Translations under genes and position numbers: made by a program | Assembly (NCBI GenBank): GCA_965178125.1 | Contig: OZ237736.1 | Location: 1,426,001-1,490,000, forward strand | Reading direction: 5' to 3' | DNA from: Bilabrum cf. latius | Lineage: Eukaryota | Length of the DNA: 64,000 nucleotides | Shown here: in pieces, positions 52,350 to 64,000 of the stretch | How positions within the stretch are numbered: position 1 is the stretch's first letter | Layout of the letters: each line of letters begins with the position of its first letter | The notes under the pieces: model-generated | Seen by the model: the letters and a program-made list of their open reading frames with translations, nothing else | What the model was told of the DNA's origin: nothing | The model's database searches: none

Positions 52350-54533
52350 ATGCAGTTTCAGTTCTCGACAGCCAGGACCTGGCCGGGCAGCGATTCTAGT
52401 GTGGCAATGACCAGCAGTTCAAGATATCGCTGTCGTACATTCATGCTGTCTGCATTGGGTTACCTATTGTATTTTTCGTGAGCTCTCACGCAAGAAGCCG
52501 CGCTCTTCGTTTTATCGTTTGCTTGCAGAGAGCGAACCATGCCTGTTTCCGTCGTGCTAGCGCAGGTTTTCATGTTCTACAGCGTCTGTGTCGTCACCTC
52601 GGCCCGCGTGTAGTTTAGTTTGCTGCTAGGCTATCTGGACCACGTGCTTCCGTTCGTTCGGAAGTATCCCACGGAGTCCACGGAGCACGTGCTGCTGGCT
52701 CAGCGGACTCAGGTGGACATCGCGGCCGCCTACCAGGTGGCCAGGGACGAGAAATCGTACCCTCTGCCGCCCCCGAATGGAAATGACCACCACTACGGCC
52801 TCCGCGCGCGGGACCTTTCCCTCGCCCAGGTGCGCCCCGTCAGCTGGCGCTCCATGGCGGTCGAGGAGGTGAAGGACCTGGCCGACCGACTGGAGCTGCT
52901 CGAGGCAGAGGCCACGCAGAGGGCCGGCCTCAGGTTGCAGGCGCGGGGGCCCTCCGCACTGGACGCATCGATGCACGGCGGGGAACAGGCCAGGGCGAGG
53001 AGGGCGAGGCGGAGGAGGGCGCTGGTCCGGGGGCACGCGCCCTCGGCTCCTGGCGTGCTCGCGGATAAAGAGGAGCTGCTGCGGGCCATGGCCACGAGGT
53101 CGGACGAGGCCTGGCGGTCGCTGTCCGTGGCGAGACAGCCGGCAGAGGGGGTCTCCGAGCTCATCACTCGACTGGGCCGCGCGTGTGCCGTAGTGCGGGA
53201 GGCGCTTGACGCGCGCAAGCAGCAGCAGGAGCAGGAGCAGCGACTGCAAGAGCAAGGCTATGCCAGTGGGAGCAAGAGCCAGCGGGGTCAAGATGGGCCG
53301 TCTAGGGACTCGCCAAGCGGTGCCGATGCCTTGGAGCATAGCCCCGACGACGTCCCCGCCGCTGCGGCTCAGCGCCTCAGGGAACAGATGCACCAGGACC
53401 GTATTAATTCCGGATCCACACCCCAAGGGCAGGATTCCTCCCAGTCTTCCACGGGCCCAAGGCGGAGAAATAGATCGGGCGGCAAGCGACCACCGCCCCC
53501 ACCACCCCCTCGCCGCCCCCTCGGGCAGCGACAGACCCCTCCGCTGCGGCCCTCCAGCCCGCCCTCAAGACCCGGCGAGGTGCGGCCCCCGCTGGCAGAG
53601 CACCTTCGTAGGAGCCGCCCTCGCCCTCGCCCCGACGACACGGCAACCGCAGCCAGCGCTGCAGGTGACGGTGAGGTAGGGGCTGGCACGAGAGCGGCGG
53701 ACGAGGCTGACCATCTCGGGGAACAGAGCAGGGAACAAGCCCAGGAGGTCGATGGCCCTGACAGCTGGGACGCGTTGACTCTGCTCCGGTTCTCCTCTGA
53801 CCTGCGCCGCTCGGTGGACACCTGTCTGTTCTGCGAGAGGCTTGCGGAGGACTGGCTGCGGAGGGACTTCGAGCAGCTGCAGGCCGGGCTGAGGACCATG
53901 CTGCGGCTGGCCGCCTGGCTGTGCGAGGAGAGGCTGGAGGCCCGGACGGGGGCGGGCCTGGGGGCGGCCCAGGGCTGGCCTGGTGCAGCAGCAGCCGCAG
54001 CGGGGACCCCCGGGGCCGGTGTGACGAGTGGGTCCGGCATGCCCTGGGCCTCCGCCTCGCCCGCGAGGAGGCAGCGGCGGAGACGCCGGAGCTCTCTCGA
54101 CAGGAGCCCGGGCGCAAGGCCACGGACGGGCCACTCAGCTCTGTGGTCAGTCGCAGAAACGGAAGCAGCATCGGTGACTGCGGTGCCAGGGGCCGGGGCG
54201 GCGGGACTCAGCCTCCGGGTGGGTGCATCGCCCGGAGGTGCGGGGCGTGGGGGTCCGGGATCGCCGAGGCGCCGGAGCACGATCGGGCCGGGGAGCAAGC
54301 TCTCCAGGCAGCTGAGCGTGTCCTCGAGACGCGCGCTGGACGGCAGGTTCGAGCCTCAGGGGGGTGCCCGGGGGGTGCGGCTAGGGGACCAAGGGGAGGA
54401 CGAGAGGGGGGGGCGCGGGGTGGCTCTGTCGAGCGAGCGGCACGGGTTCACCCCTGCCATGCAGCGGCTGCAAGAGGTGGAGGGCGACGAGGACGAGGAT
54501 GCCGGGAGCCGGGAGGGGGCCCAGAGCAGCTGA
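52350..54533 (+). CDS. Hypothetical protein with N-terminal hydrophobic segments
   Basis: ORF 52620-54533 extends upstream through TAG 52611 and a probable intron 52478-52528 into hydrophobic FMLSALGYLLYF / VVLAQVFMFYSVCVV. Ends at TGA; start uncertain. Confidence 0.6.
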
Positions 54534-54709
54534 AGGCTGCGGGTTCGCATGAATCATGCTAGTTGCAGCTCCCTCTGGCGTTAGGGCCTGGGTTCAACCC
54601 GCGAAGCGCATGCATGCATTGCACGACTGCGGCAGTTGCAGTTGAGCTAGTCTAGTGGTGGCTTCCGTCCCACATCCTTGGCCCTGTGGAATTAAAAACA
54701 ATAAGCTGT

Positions 54710-56002
54710 ATGCATCGGCTTGGACAAGAGGCGCAAACTAAGCTGAGATAGCACGCCCGATCCTTGGTACGAGCCTACCGCCCGCCATCCTGGGCTGTAG
54801 GCTCGTACCGCCATCCTGAAGGGCTGCGTGGCGCGGATTCGCAGGTGTGGCTTGGTGCTGAGCATGTGACCCCGATACAACCGTGGTTTCTCTCAAGCAA
54901 CGACCTACCCGATGGCTACAGTGTGCATATCAAGCGCGATGACTTTTTGCGGGGCGGTGCTAGCGCTGGCAACAAGGTACGAAAGCTCAGTTTTATCTTT
55001 GCCCAAGCCCTAGAGAATGGTTGCGATTCCATTATATCATGCGGAGGAGTGTAGAGCAACCACGCTAGGATTACGACTTCTATGAGCCGGGAACTCGGCC
55101 TCGAGCCCTTGATGCTGTTGCGATCCGCCACCCCCGAGGACGGCCAGCAGGCAGGTACACGCGGTAACATGTTTCTTCACCATGCGCTTGGCTGTCGTGT
55201 ATACCTGACCAGACAAGATCCATTCGAGACTGGCCTGCGACCAAAGATGGAGCGGATCATAGAACAGCTGCGAGTCCGGGAAGGCCGGCACACGCACCTG
55301 ATCGGGGTAGGTGGGTCCGATTGCACGGGTCTCTGGGGCTACATTGACGCGTGGCGAGAACTTGAGGAACAAGGCGTCTCTGAGCGGTTCGATGACGTGG
55401 TGGTGGCCGTGGGCTCGGGCGGCACGGCAGCGGGACTCGCCATCGGGGCGCATCTGGCGGGCTCCCCTGTCAGGGTGCACGCAGTGGCCGTGTGTGACGA
55501 CGCAAAGTACTTCCACGACCACACCGACGGAATGCTGCAAACAATCGGCCTTTACAGAGAAGCAGACGACCCGAGCCCAGGCGCAGCCGCAGGCGGCCCC
55601 GGCCCGGGTCTCGCTCCCACTGGCACTCGGTCCCGCGAGATCCTGGACGTGATCGAGGGCTACAAGGGGGCGGGCTACGGCAGAGCGAGAGCGGGCGACT
55701 ACGATTTCATACAGAGAATCGCGACTGAGACTGGCGTGCTCCTGGACCAGACATACACAGGAAAGGCGGTGCAGGGGATGCTAGCCGAATTGAAAACGAG
55801 TGCCGCTGGGGACAGTGCGAGCAGAGGCGGCGATCCGCAGGCTGCGGGCAGGTTTCGTGGCAAGCGAGTCCTGTACGTGCACACTGGAGGGGCCATGGGG
55901 CTGATGGATGGCCGCGCCGATTACCATTTCAATCGAGGAACCGTGTGGCCGTACAGTGACGCGTGCGAGGGGATCGGCGGAGCGGCAGACAGTACAGCAT
56001 GA
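54710..56002 (+). CDS. D-cysteine desulfhydrase / ACC deaminase family PLP enzyme (~430 aa)
   Basis: TPIQ, IKRDD, GNKVRKL (PLP lysine), CGGV[Q]SNHAR, GSGGTAAGL, LDQTYTGKA, YVHTGG. In-frame TAG at 54749 and 55052; ends at TGA. Confidence 0.93.
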
Positions 56003-56225
56003 AGCACTGCAGCTGCTGCTGTCGCGATCGATCGGGATACATAGTTTTCAGAAGGTACTGCTTGCTGCTAACTTGTCACGCATATTGTTCCTGTGCATTC
56101 CGGCATCTTGCAGGCTCCAAACCGGATCCACCAGCAGGCTCCAACTGGGTGGATTTCCAGCCCGACGGGGTACAGCCTCCAGCTACTGCTCCCATCTGGT
56201 CCGGGTAGCTTCAGATGGACATAAC

Positions 56226-58448
56226 TCAGATGGACTCTGCAGCCCTGGTCCCTTCGCCCTCCCCGTCGGCAGCCGCGCGATCCCCGCTGCTCGATCCCGT
56301 GCCAGTGGTGGGGTCCTCCAGCTGCTCGAACCCCGGGGCCGGCGCCGCGCCGCGGACCGATACCTGCGCATCAGACGACGGCTGCATCGCCCGCCCCGAA
56401 TATGCAGAGCCCCGCCCCGCACCTCCGGCGGCCCCCGCACCTTCGGTGGCCCCGCCGCTGCTGCCCCCCCCGCCGCAGCACACATAGTACAGCATCATCG
56501 CGAATGCCCCGCCGAAGACAAGCCCCAACACGAACGTCCCCGCCGCCAGCCCCACCTCCTCCCTCAGCTGCGCCTCCGTGCGCGAGGGACAGTCGGACTG
56601 GGCCGACGGCGGGGCCACGCTGCCCCCGCCCCCATCTTCGCCGCACAGCGACCGGTCGGGCACGGGGGCCGATGCGCAGTAGGGCGCCGTGTCGCACACG
56701 AGGTTCTCCAGTCCAACGTCGTTGAGCGAGTGCTCCGTGAGAGACTCGAGCGTGGGTCCGTGCGGGTCAAAGAACGCGAACGAGACGTCGCTCCGGAAAT
56801 CCTTCCATTCCCCCTCGGCCCCTGACACCGGGCTGCCGTCCTCGTGGCACCACCGCCGCCTCCCGCGGTATTGCACCTCGAGAGGCACGCCGGACATGCC
56901 ACCCCCGGGAACAGCGGTCCTGTACACGGGCCACGAGTCGGCCACGAAGAAGAAGCTCGCCACCCCTTCCGAGCACACGAACCTCTCCGAGGGGTCGAAG
57001 CGGGGGCCCAAGGGAGGCCCGTCGTCGTCACCCCCGTCCTCTCCCTCCTCCTCCCCGGCCGCCACCTCCTGGGCCTCCTCCTCCTCCGTCTCGAAGAAGA
57101 GCCCGTCGGCGGCCGAGGCCCCCGTCCGCTGGAACTGCGCGTCAAACTGCATGGCAGGCACGGTCCCGCGGGCCGTGACGAGGCCCTTGTAGGTCACGTT
57201 GAAGTCCACCCCGGGAGTCCCGTGCAGCCCGAACAGCTCTAGGGATGGGCGCAGGTGTCCCGTGTCGTCCGTTAGAATGTCCTGGGCGTTTCCAGCGTAG
57301 AATACCTGGCACTCAACGGCTAGATCGCCGTCCGCCGGGTCGATCGCTTCCCCTGGAGCCGCGGGCGTGGCTGGCCCCGCGGAGATGCGGTACCTGACCT
57401 TGCGGTTGAGGTCTTCGAGGAGCGTGACCCGCTCGCCACCGGGGGCCAGCACGTCCATGCGCGCCAGCTGCCGCTCCGAGTCGAAGAATTCCCGCACGTG
57501 CGACGTGCTGCCGACCCAGCCGGTAGGAGCGTCTGCCGCCAGAGCGGGGCCCGCGGGATCCACGTACATTTCCGAGGTATAGTCGAAGCTGGTGCTGTAG
57601 GCCGTGGGGAAGGCCGGCATCGTGGGCTCGGGGGACGGTGTGGGCACCGGGGGCGGCGAGGCCGCAGAAGGGGGCCCGAAGGAGCGCGCGGGGACGGGGT
57701 TGCAAGCCGCCCCCGGGGGCCTCGAGAGGGTGGGGGGGGGGGCCTCGGGCCAGAACCGGACGTACTCGTACGAGTGCTGGAATCTGTGCACGTCCACCAC
57801 GTCGCCGTTTGCGGCGAAGGTGATCCTGGCCCCAGAGACGAGGGCGCGGAGGGGCACCCTATACGGCGAGTGCTCGCCTTCGCCCGATCCGGGGCCGCGG
57901 CGGAAGGAGAAGGCTTCCCAGCCCTCTGCCGCGAAGCTGAACAGGATGTCGTACTCACTGTCAGATCGACCCCCGTTTGGTAAGGGCCGAGATTGGTTTC
58001 GTACCCTGACGTCCCACACCTCGGCCCTGATGCCTCGTACCATACGCATCCCGATGAATTGCGGGTTGAACTGCGCCCCAAATCGGAAGAAATCGGTAGA
58101 GCTCTCCAACCTGGGGGCAGAGCTGGTGTTTCCTGAGAATGGGCCATACGTTTCAGGGGAAACTTCGCACCGATCCTTGTACGTGATCAAGTTATCGTGG
58201 TCCGAATCTTCAATGGTGTATCGCCGCTCCGTCCGAAAATCGTCAATGATCGCTACTAGCACACCTGCGCGTCGTTCTTCCCGCCTCTGCCAGTTGTTGT
58301 CGTGGTCAAACCACTCACGGATCGATAGACTCTCATTTAACTCCAAAAAATTGGCCTCCACATCCACTGAGAACTATTCAGGCAGGATGGGCAGCTCGCG
58401 AGCCAGCGTGCCAGTCACCATGATTCCAGCTAGTGCTAGAACTAACAT
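56226..58448 (-). CDS. Signal-peptide and single-TM protein with two related beta-rich extracellular modules (possibly ependymin-related/LolA-like fold), ~740 aa
   Basis: Signal peptide MLVLALAGIMVTGTLA is only in frame through TAG 58374 (LPILPE[Q]FSVDVEAN). Repeated IREWFD/VREFFD and G...RG...(W/F)D patterns; TM LAAGTFVLGLVFGGAFAMMLYYV. Ends at TGA. The fold assignment is tentative. Confidence 0.7.
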
Positions 58449-58512
58449 CTACGAAATAAAAGGGGGTCTGAATGGCCTGTGTGGAGTACATGCCGGGTGG
58501 CGAGGCTGCTAG

Positions 58513-58678
58513 GGAGCGATCAAGAGCGACACGTCACCGCAGGCTGCATCGGCTGCTTCATGCATACAGCGGAGCGATCAAGAGCAACACATCACCGCAG
58601 GCTGTATCGTTTGCTTCATCCATACAACGGAGCGATCAAGAGCAACACATCACCGCAGGCTGCATCGGCTGTTTCACG
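58513..58678. repeat. 58-bp imperfect tandem repeat x~3, non-coding
   Basis: ggagcgatcaagagc(g/a)acac(g/a)tcaccgcaggctg... begins at 58513, 58571 and 58629. Confidence 0.88.
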
Positions 58679-59762
58679 CTAGACGAATCCTAACGGCGTG
58701 CGATGGGCCGGGCAAGTCACGAGATCGAAGTGCACACATCCCAACGTCTAAATCTGTATTTATATCTTTCACGCCATACAACTTCCACCCAGCCAGCCCT
58801 TCTTACTCACGTTGTTCGGAGTGCGTGCTCGATCATGTGGTTTTAATCTTCTTCTTGAATGAGGGGTTTTAATCTTCTTCTTGAAAGTTGAATGAGGGGT
58901 TGCAACCGCTGGCGCAAGTGCAGCTGTGCGCCGCGGTTGGCTAAACAGGTGAGGAGGTTGGTTCAGCGATGGTAATCGGGCCAGGGCACGACGGAGCAGA
59001 CGACGAAGTTGCTGGTGAAGGAGGTGGATGGACGATCCCCATGGACAGAGAAACCCTGGGAGTCGGAGCCGATTGAGTCATCCAAGGGAGCAGCAATTCC
59101 AAGGATGAGGTAGGTAGTGCACAGGATCAAGGAGGAAGTGCAAAGGAAGGAACTGAGTGGATTCCTGGACGCAATGGAGAACGCATGGAGTAGGTACCCG
59201 ACGCGGTGTCGGATGCTGAGATGGCGAGGAACATCCTTGTCAGCATGGCACTCAATGTACCTGCCGTACGGGCGCTCGATCTTGAGGTTAAATCGCGCAA
59301 TTGGACTCTCTGGAGATAAGGCGTACGCACCCAGTGCTATCCCAGAATAAAACGCAATCCTGGCAAAGGTTGACATGTGAATGGCTAGCAGAGGGATCGT
59401 AGCGAGGGAAACGGCACAGGATTCCAGCGAGCATGTCGAGCGTCGCCCGAGCCAAGCAGTGTCGAGCCTGGGTCGAACGGCGGCGGCAGTCTGTTCGGTA
59501 GCAGGGTATCGGAAGCAGGGGATCGAAAGCGTATTACGTCTGGTCCAGGTACAGCACGATCCAGCAGCGGTACGTAATGACGATGATCTCTGGATCGGAT
59601 GGCGGCCCGGGCCCGGGTGGTGGTGGAAGAATCGATCATCCACGTTGGTGCGGGGAATCGAAAGCCATGCAAACATGCGTATACAACAGAAGTGACAGCT
59701 CCAATAGCAACCTTGCTCACCTACCTGCTTCGTGTGTGCCTGCCAAGTTGGGCCACGGCCAG

Positions 59763-62700
59763 TCAGGACATGGTCGGCGCCAGTCCCAGCTCCCTCATGC
59801 GGTCCGCCAGCACGACCTCGTGGTCCTGCGTGATCTGCAGCAGCCGAGTGCTCGCCTCCCCGCGCTCCACCGCAAACTTTTCCTCGAGCGACCGGCGCCG
59901 CTTCGGGTCCTTCTCCTTGGCCAGCGCCGCCTCTCTCGCGTCCTCTGCCCCCTGCTCCTCCTGAAGCACCCGGAGCAAGTGCTCGTTCTGGTCCCTCCGG
60001 AGCTCCTCCAGCTGCTTGGCAGCGGCCCGACGGGCCTCCGAGCTACTACTACTGCCGCTGTTTCTGGTTCTGGTTCCACTCCCCGGCGCATCTCCCGGCA
60101 TCGCACCACTATGTCCCCTTGTTGCCCCGCGGCTGGCATCGCCGACAGCACCGCCCACGGCCTCTTCGAACCCGTCCAGGTCTTCCAGGTCTTCCCCGCC
60201 TGCATGCACGCCATCGTCGTACGCCTACCCATCTCCATTCTCGCCCGATGGGTCTGCTGCACGAGACCTGCTGCTGGCCCGAGAATGACCCTGCTGCAGC
60301 AGTGCAGGCGTCCTGCCGTACAGCTCAGGGGCAGCGCCAGGCCCCTCCTTCCCACTGCCTCCAGGGCCGCCCAACCGGCTGCTGCCGGGGCGCCGCCTGC
60401 TGCTCGACGAGGCGCCCGCGGTGCGGGGCCTCCTGCCTCTGCCACGGCCCTTGGCTCCCCTGCCCCTGCCAGTGCCCTTGCCAGTGCCCCGGCTCCTGCC
60501 CGAGCCAGTGCTCGGCCTGCCCTGGCCCCGGCCCCGGCCCACCGAGCTTCGCGCCGACTGGCCCCCGCGGCCGCCATCGATCGGAGGCAGTGAGGCACCG
60601 TGCCTGCTGTTCCCCGGCCCGCCATGCACCCCACGCTGGCCCCCACTCCCACCAGCACCCAGGCTGCTCGCGGACACCGCCTGCCGCGCCGCCCGCGCCG
60701 CCCTCCTCTCGATCCGAGCCTCCTCGCCCTCGTCCACGGGGCCCCTCGGGGGCACGAACCGAGCAGAGGCAGTGGAGGGACGCTCCCGCCCTGGACCCTT
60801 CACCCTGGCCCCGGGACTCCCATGGAGCCTCTTTCTGCGGCCACCGCGGACAGAGCCGGGGCGGGATCGGGCTCCGTCCCCGGCCCGGGTCGGTGACCCC
60901 ACACTGGGGACACCCGAGTCGCGGGGGTGTCGCCGAGGGGGGAGCGACAGTGGGGAGCCGTGGATGTCCCCGTCCCTGTCCCTTCCGCCCCTTCCGCCTG
61001 TGATCGAGGGGCTGCCCACTGATCCCGCCTGCGAGCCGCCTCCTCCTGCTCCTCCTCCTCCCGCCCGCGCTCTCGCCTCAACCGCTTGCACGTCGATGCC
61101 CATGGAGGCCGCCAGCTCCTTGAGCTTGCCCGTGTCCTTCTGCTTCTTGATGCGGTGGAACTCCTCCATGAGCTGTTCCTTCTCGTGCTTGCTCTGCTGC
61201 AGGGCCAGGTGCTTCTGGCGCCGCACCTCCTCGCGCTGCCGGCCGACCTCTTCGGCCCTGCGCGCGGCCGCATCGAGCCGCAGCTTGGTCCTCAGCTTTG
61301 CGTACTCCTCCTTGCGCTGGACCCTCCTGATCGCCTCCTGCCTGGCCTCTTCCTTGGCTGCCGCGCGGCGGTGCTTGGCCGCCTCTTGCCGTGCCAGCTC
61401 CTTCCGGGCCTCCTCGGCGCGCTGTTCCTTGGCCTCTAGCTGGCGGAGCATGGCCTCCCGTTTCTCCCTCTGCTCCTGCATGTACTGCTCCAGCGCCTGC
61501 TTGCGGTGGGCCTCCTTGGAGCCCTCTCCCCCGTGCATTGCCCTCCACTCCTTCTGCTTCTGCTCGAGGAACTTCTCCACGTACACTTCCTTTCTCCTCG
61601 CCTTGTCCAGGATGGCCTGCTTCCGCTCCCTCTCCTGCTCCTCCATCCGCCGCTGGGTCTCGCGGATGTGCCTCTCTTTCTCTGCCGCCTCCTCCCGCGC
61701 CTTCCTCTGCCTCGTCTCCTTCTCCATCTCGAACTCGCGCTGCCGACGGGCCACATCGGCGTCCCGCCTCGCCTGCTCCTCTGCCGCCCGACGCACCTGC
61801 TCCTGCTGCTGGGCCTGGGCCTGCGCCACGCGCTCCTCGGCGATAGCTCGCTTGCGGGCCGCCCGATCCTGTTCCTTGCGGCGCTGCTGCTCCACCTTGG
61901 CCTCTCTTTGCTTCTCCTTCTCGCGCGCCTCCCGCTGCCTCGCCTCTGCCTCCTCCCTCTGCCTGCGATAGATCGCCTCCTTTTCCTTCTGAAACTGCTC
62001 TGCCCTCCGTGTCAGCTCCTGCTGCTTCTTGATGGCCTCTCGCTTACGGCGCCACTCCTCCTTCTTGGCCTCGGCCGCCGCGCGAGCAGCTGCCTTCGCC
62101 TCGCGCTCCATCACCGCCTGCAGCTCCCTCTCCTTCTCCTCCTCGCGCCGGCGCCTCCGCTCCTCTGCGGCCTCCCGCTCCCTGATTGCCCGCGCGGCCC
62201 TCTCTTTCCTCTGCCTCTCCAGGGCCTCCTGCCTCTGCCTCGTGCGCTGCGCCTGCTGCTCCATGCGGCCCCCGATGGCGGCCATCTGCACCTCGTGCTC
62301 CAGCATCCGGGCGATCTCGTCACGCTGGTGCTGGCGCATCTTCTCGAGGGCGTCCTGTTCCTTGCGGAGGGTGCTGTCTGCGGCTCCCACTGAGCTCCTG
62401 CGCCTGCCGCTGCCCCTGCCAGCTCCGATCTGCAGGACGACGAGGTCTTTCGCACCAGACGCGATTATCGCATCGCGCGCCTGGATCACGGCTTGCAGCC
62501 TCTCTGCGAGCTTGTGGGGAACATTGGGGCAGTGCAACATGCATGGGGTGCTTCGAGCGGCAGGGCCGAGTCGGGTGCCGCTGCGGCTTGCAACATACCT
62601 CTTCTCCTCGCTTCGAACCGCTCGAACCGCTCTCGCTGCACGTCAGAGTCCTAACCGACCTCTCTAAATGCATCATAGTCGCGGAACACTAGCTCGTCGG

Positions 62701-62929
62701 GATCTACACCGTGTCGCAGGCAGGCTTCAAGAGAGCGTGGCGACGTGAGCGGGGGTCTAACCGACCCGCGCTCGTCGAAAGAGTCCAACGAAATGCCCCC
62801 ATCGGCTTCACTCTTTGGAACAATCCGTAATACCGGCAAATCACTGCCAGCTCCGCCGGCGGCAGGTCCAGAGCCGCCAAGCCTCTTCCTAGACTTTTTT
62901 GCCGACTTTGATTTCGGTGATCGAGGCAT
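59763..62929 (-). CDS. E/R/K/Q-rich coiled-coil hypothetical protein (~1023 aa)
   Basis: MPRSPKSK start, TSPRSLEACLRHGVDPDEL motif, intron 62504-62598, long charged helix. In-frame TAG at 62651 and 60225; ends at TGA. Confidence 0.8.
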
Positions 62930-63260
62930 ACTAGCGCAATTTTTCCGACTCAATACCTTCAAACCTAATTATGAGAGGGAAGGGTTATCGCGAAGAGCCC
63001 CGCTACGGTGTTTGGCTTGCAGTATACGGGGTGGAAGAAGCCCGAGCCGTTCAGTGCAATGTTGCGAGTACTTTTGGTCCGGATCCGGAAATAGAATTCA
63101 AACCGCCCGGTGGGCTTTATGCGGTAATTTGTCTGTACTATAGAAGAGTAGGGCAAGTCTGCAATACATTTTCGCAATATCGTGACTGTGCCGAGTTGTA
63201 GCACGCTCAATTAACGATCTGCATCAACTCTGTGACCTGCGGCGGCCCCACCATCGAGCG

Positions 63261-64000
63261 ATGCCGGTCCTCAGTCGTCCGATGCAGCTGCTGACATTCG
63301 TGGGAGGCCTCTCGCTCACGGCCGTTGCGATCCGGTAGTTTGGCCGTGGAGTTGCTAGGCATGCGCGGACGGTTGGCTTGCATGGCAGGGATGCGCGAGA
63401 CGCTGAAGACGACGAATCTTCGTCGGCCCAGCAAGGCGCCGGATCGTAGGCCCCGGGCAGCCGACGAACGCGGCGTAGGGGCCTGGCAGGTATTGCTAGG
63501 ATTGTTAAGATTTGTTGTCCCAACGGGATCGCATCGATAGAAGGTTTCTGGGCAGTGCTGTCGGCCGTGCTGATGCTCGTTCGAACGCAGGCAGACCTGC
63601 TCTCGATCAACAAGCAGACCGAGATTGAGCTTGCCATCATCCAGAAACGTGTCCGGTCCTTCGAGTCCCTCCTCGTGGAGGTCGCGCTGATCGCCATCCC
63701 GGTGAGCGCGGCAAACGCCATGATGCGGTACGCCCTGAAGCAGCTCGAGCACCGCCTGCAGCTCAACCTCACGGCCCACCTCGTCAGGAGGTGCACGGAG
63801 GAGAAGGTCCTGTACCGCCTCACACGGGTGGACGACCGCCTGCGGGAGGGCCCCCAGCACACCATCTCCGAGGACGCGGCCGAGTTCGCGCGCGTGCTCG
63901 TGGAGCTCTACCGCCGCGTGGTGTCCTCCCTCACCAACATCGCCATCTACTGCTACCGTCTCGGGCAGTCGATCGGCGTGGGCGCTCCCGCGGCGCTCAG
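63261..64000 (+). CDS. Peroxisomal ABCD (PMP70-like) half transporter, 5' part; runs off the window
   Basis: Not in the supplied ORF track. IVKICCP..SIEG, LVRTQAD, IELAIIQK, PVSAANAMMRYALKQL...NLT, YRLTRVDDRL..PQHTISEDAAEF resemble the ABC_membrane_2 domain. In-frame TAG at 63336 and 63447. Confidence 0.8.

Noticed and set aside
54560-54615. GGTTCAACCC resembling a tRNA T-loop (possible tRNA-Gln CUA)
   Set aside because: I could not build an acceptor stem, D-arm or anticodon arm; no tRNA gene was recognised in this window.
55052-55054. A-to-I editing (UAG to Trp), pyrrolysine, or UAG=Leu/Glu/Tyr
   Set aside because: The diagnostic conserved columns and the poly-CAG contexts point to Gln; no Pyl machinery is visible in the window.
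1-64000. In-frame TAGs as pseudogenisation or sequencing error
   Set aside because: Only TAG interrupts the frames, with no TAA, TGA or frameshifts, and it affects essential genes such as RPF2 and CWC21 whose motifs are intact.

Overview
A gene-dense, GC-rich eukaryotic (protist-like) nuclear region with about 20 protein-coding genes, short GT-AG introns near gene 5' ends, and seven head-to-head gene pairs. The main signal is a non-standard genetic code. About 97 in-frame TAG codons (hand count) interrupt 19 of the 20 genes, including conserved housekeeping genes, and reading through them restores full-length proteins. TAG occupies conserved Gln positions (D-cysteine desulfhydrase GGx[Q]SNH, citrate carrier PTEFVKT[Q]MQ) and alternates with CAG inside poly-Gln tracts. 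All 18 gene ends visible in the window use TGA (15) or TAA (3), and I found no in-frame TAA. UAG therefore appears to encode Gln while UAA remains a stop (NCBI table-15-type), a rare decoupled code. The supplied standard-code ORF track fragments nearly every gene. Gene models below were rebuilt by hand with TAG=Gln, shown as [Q].
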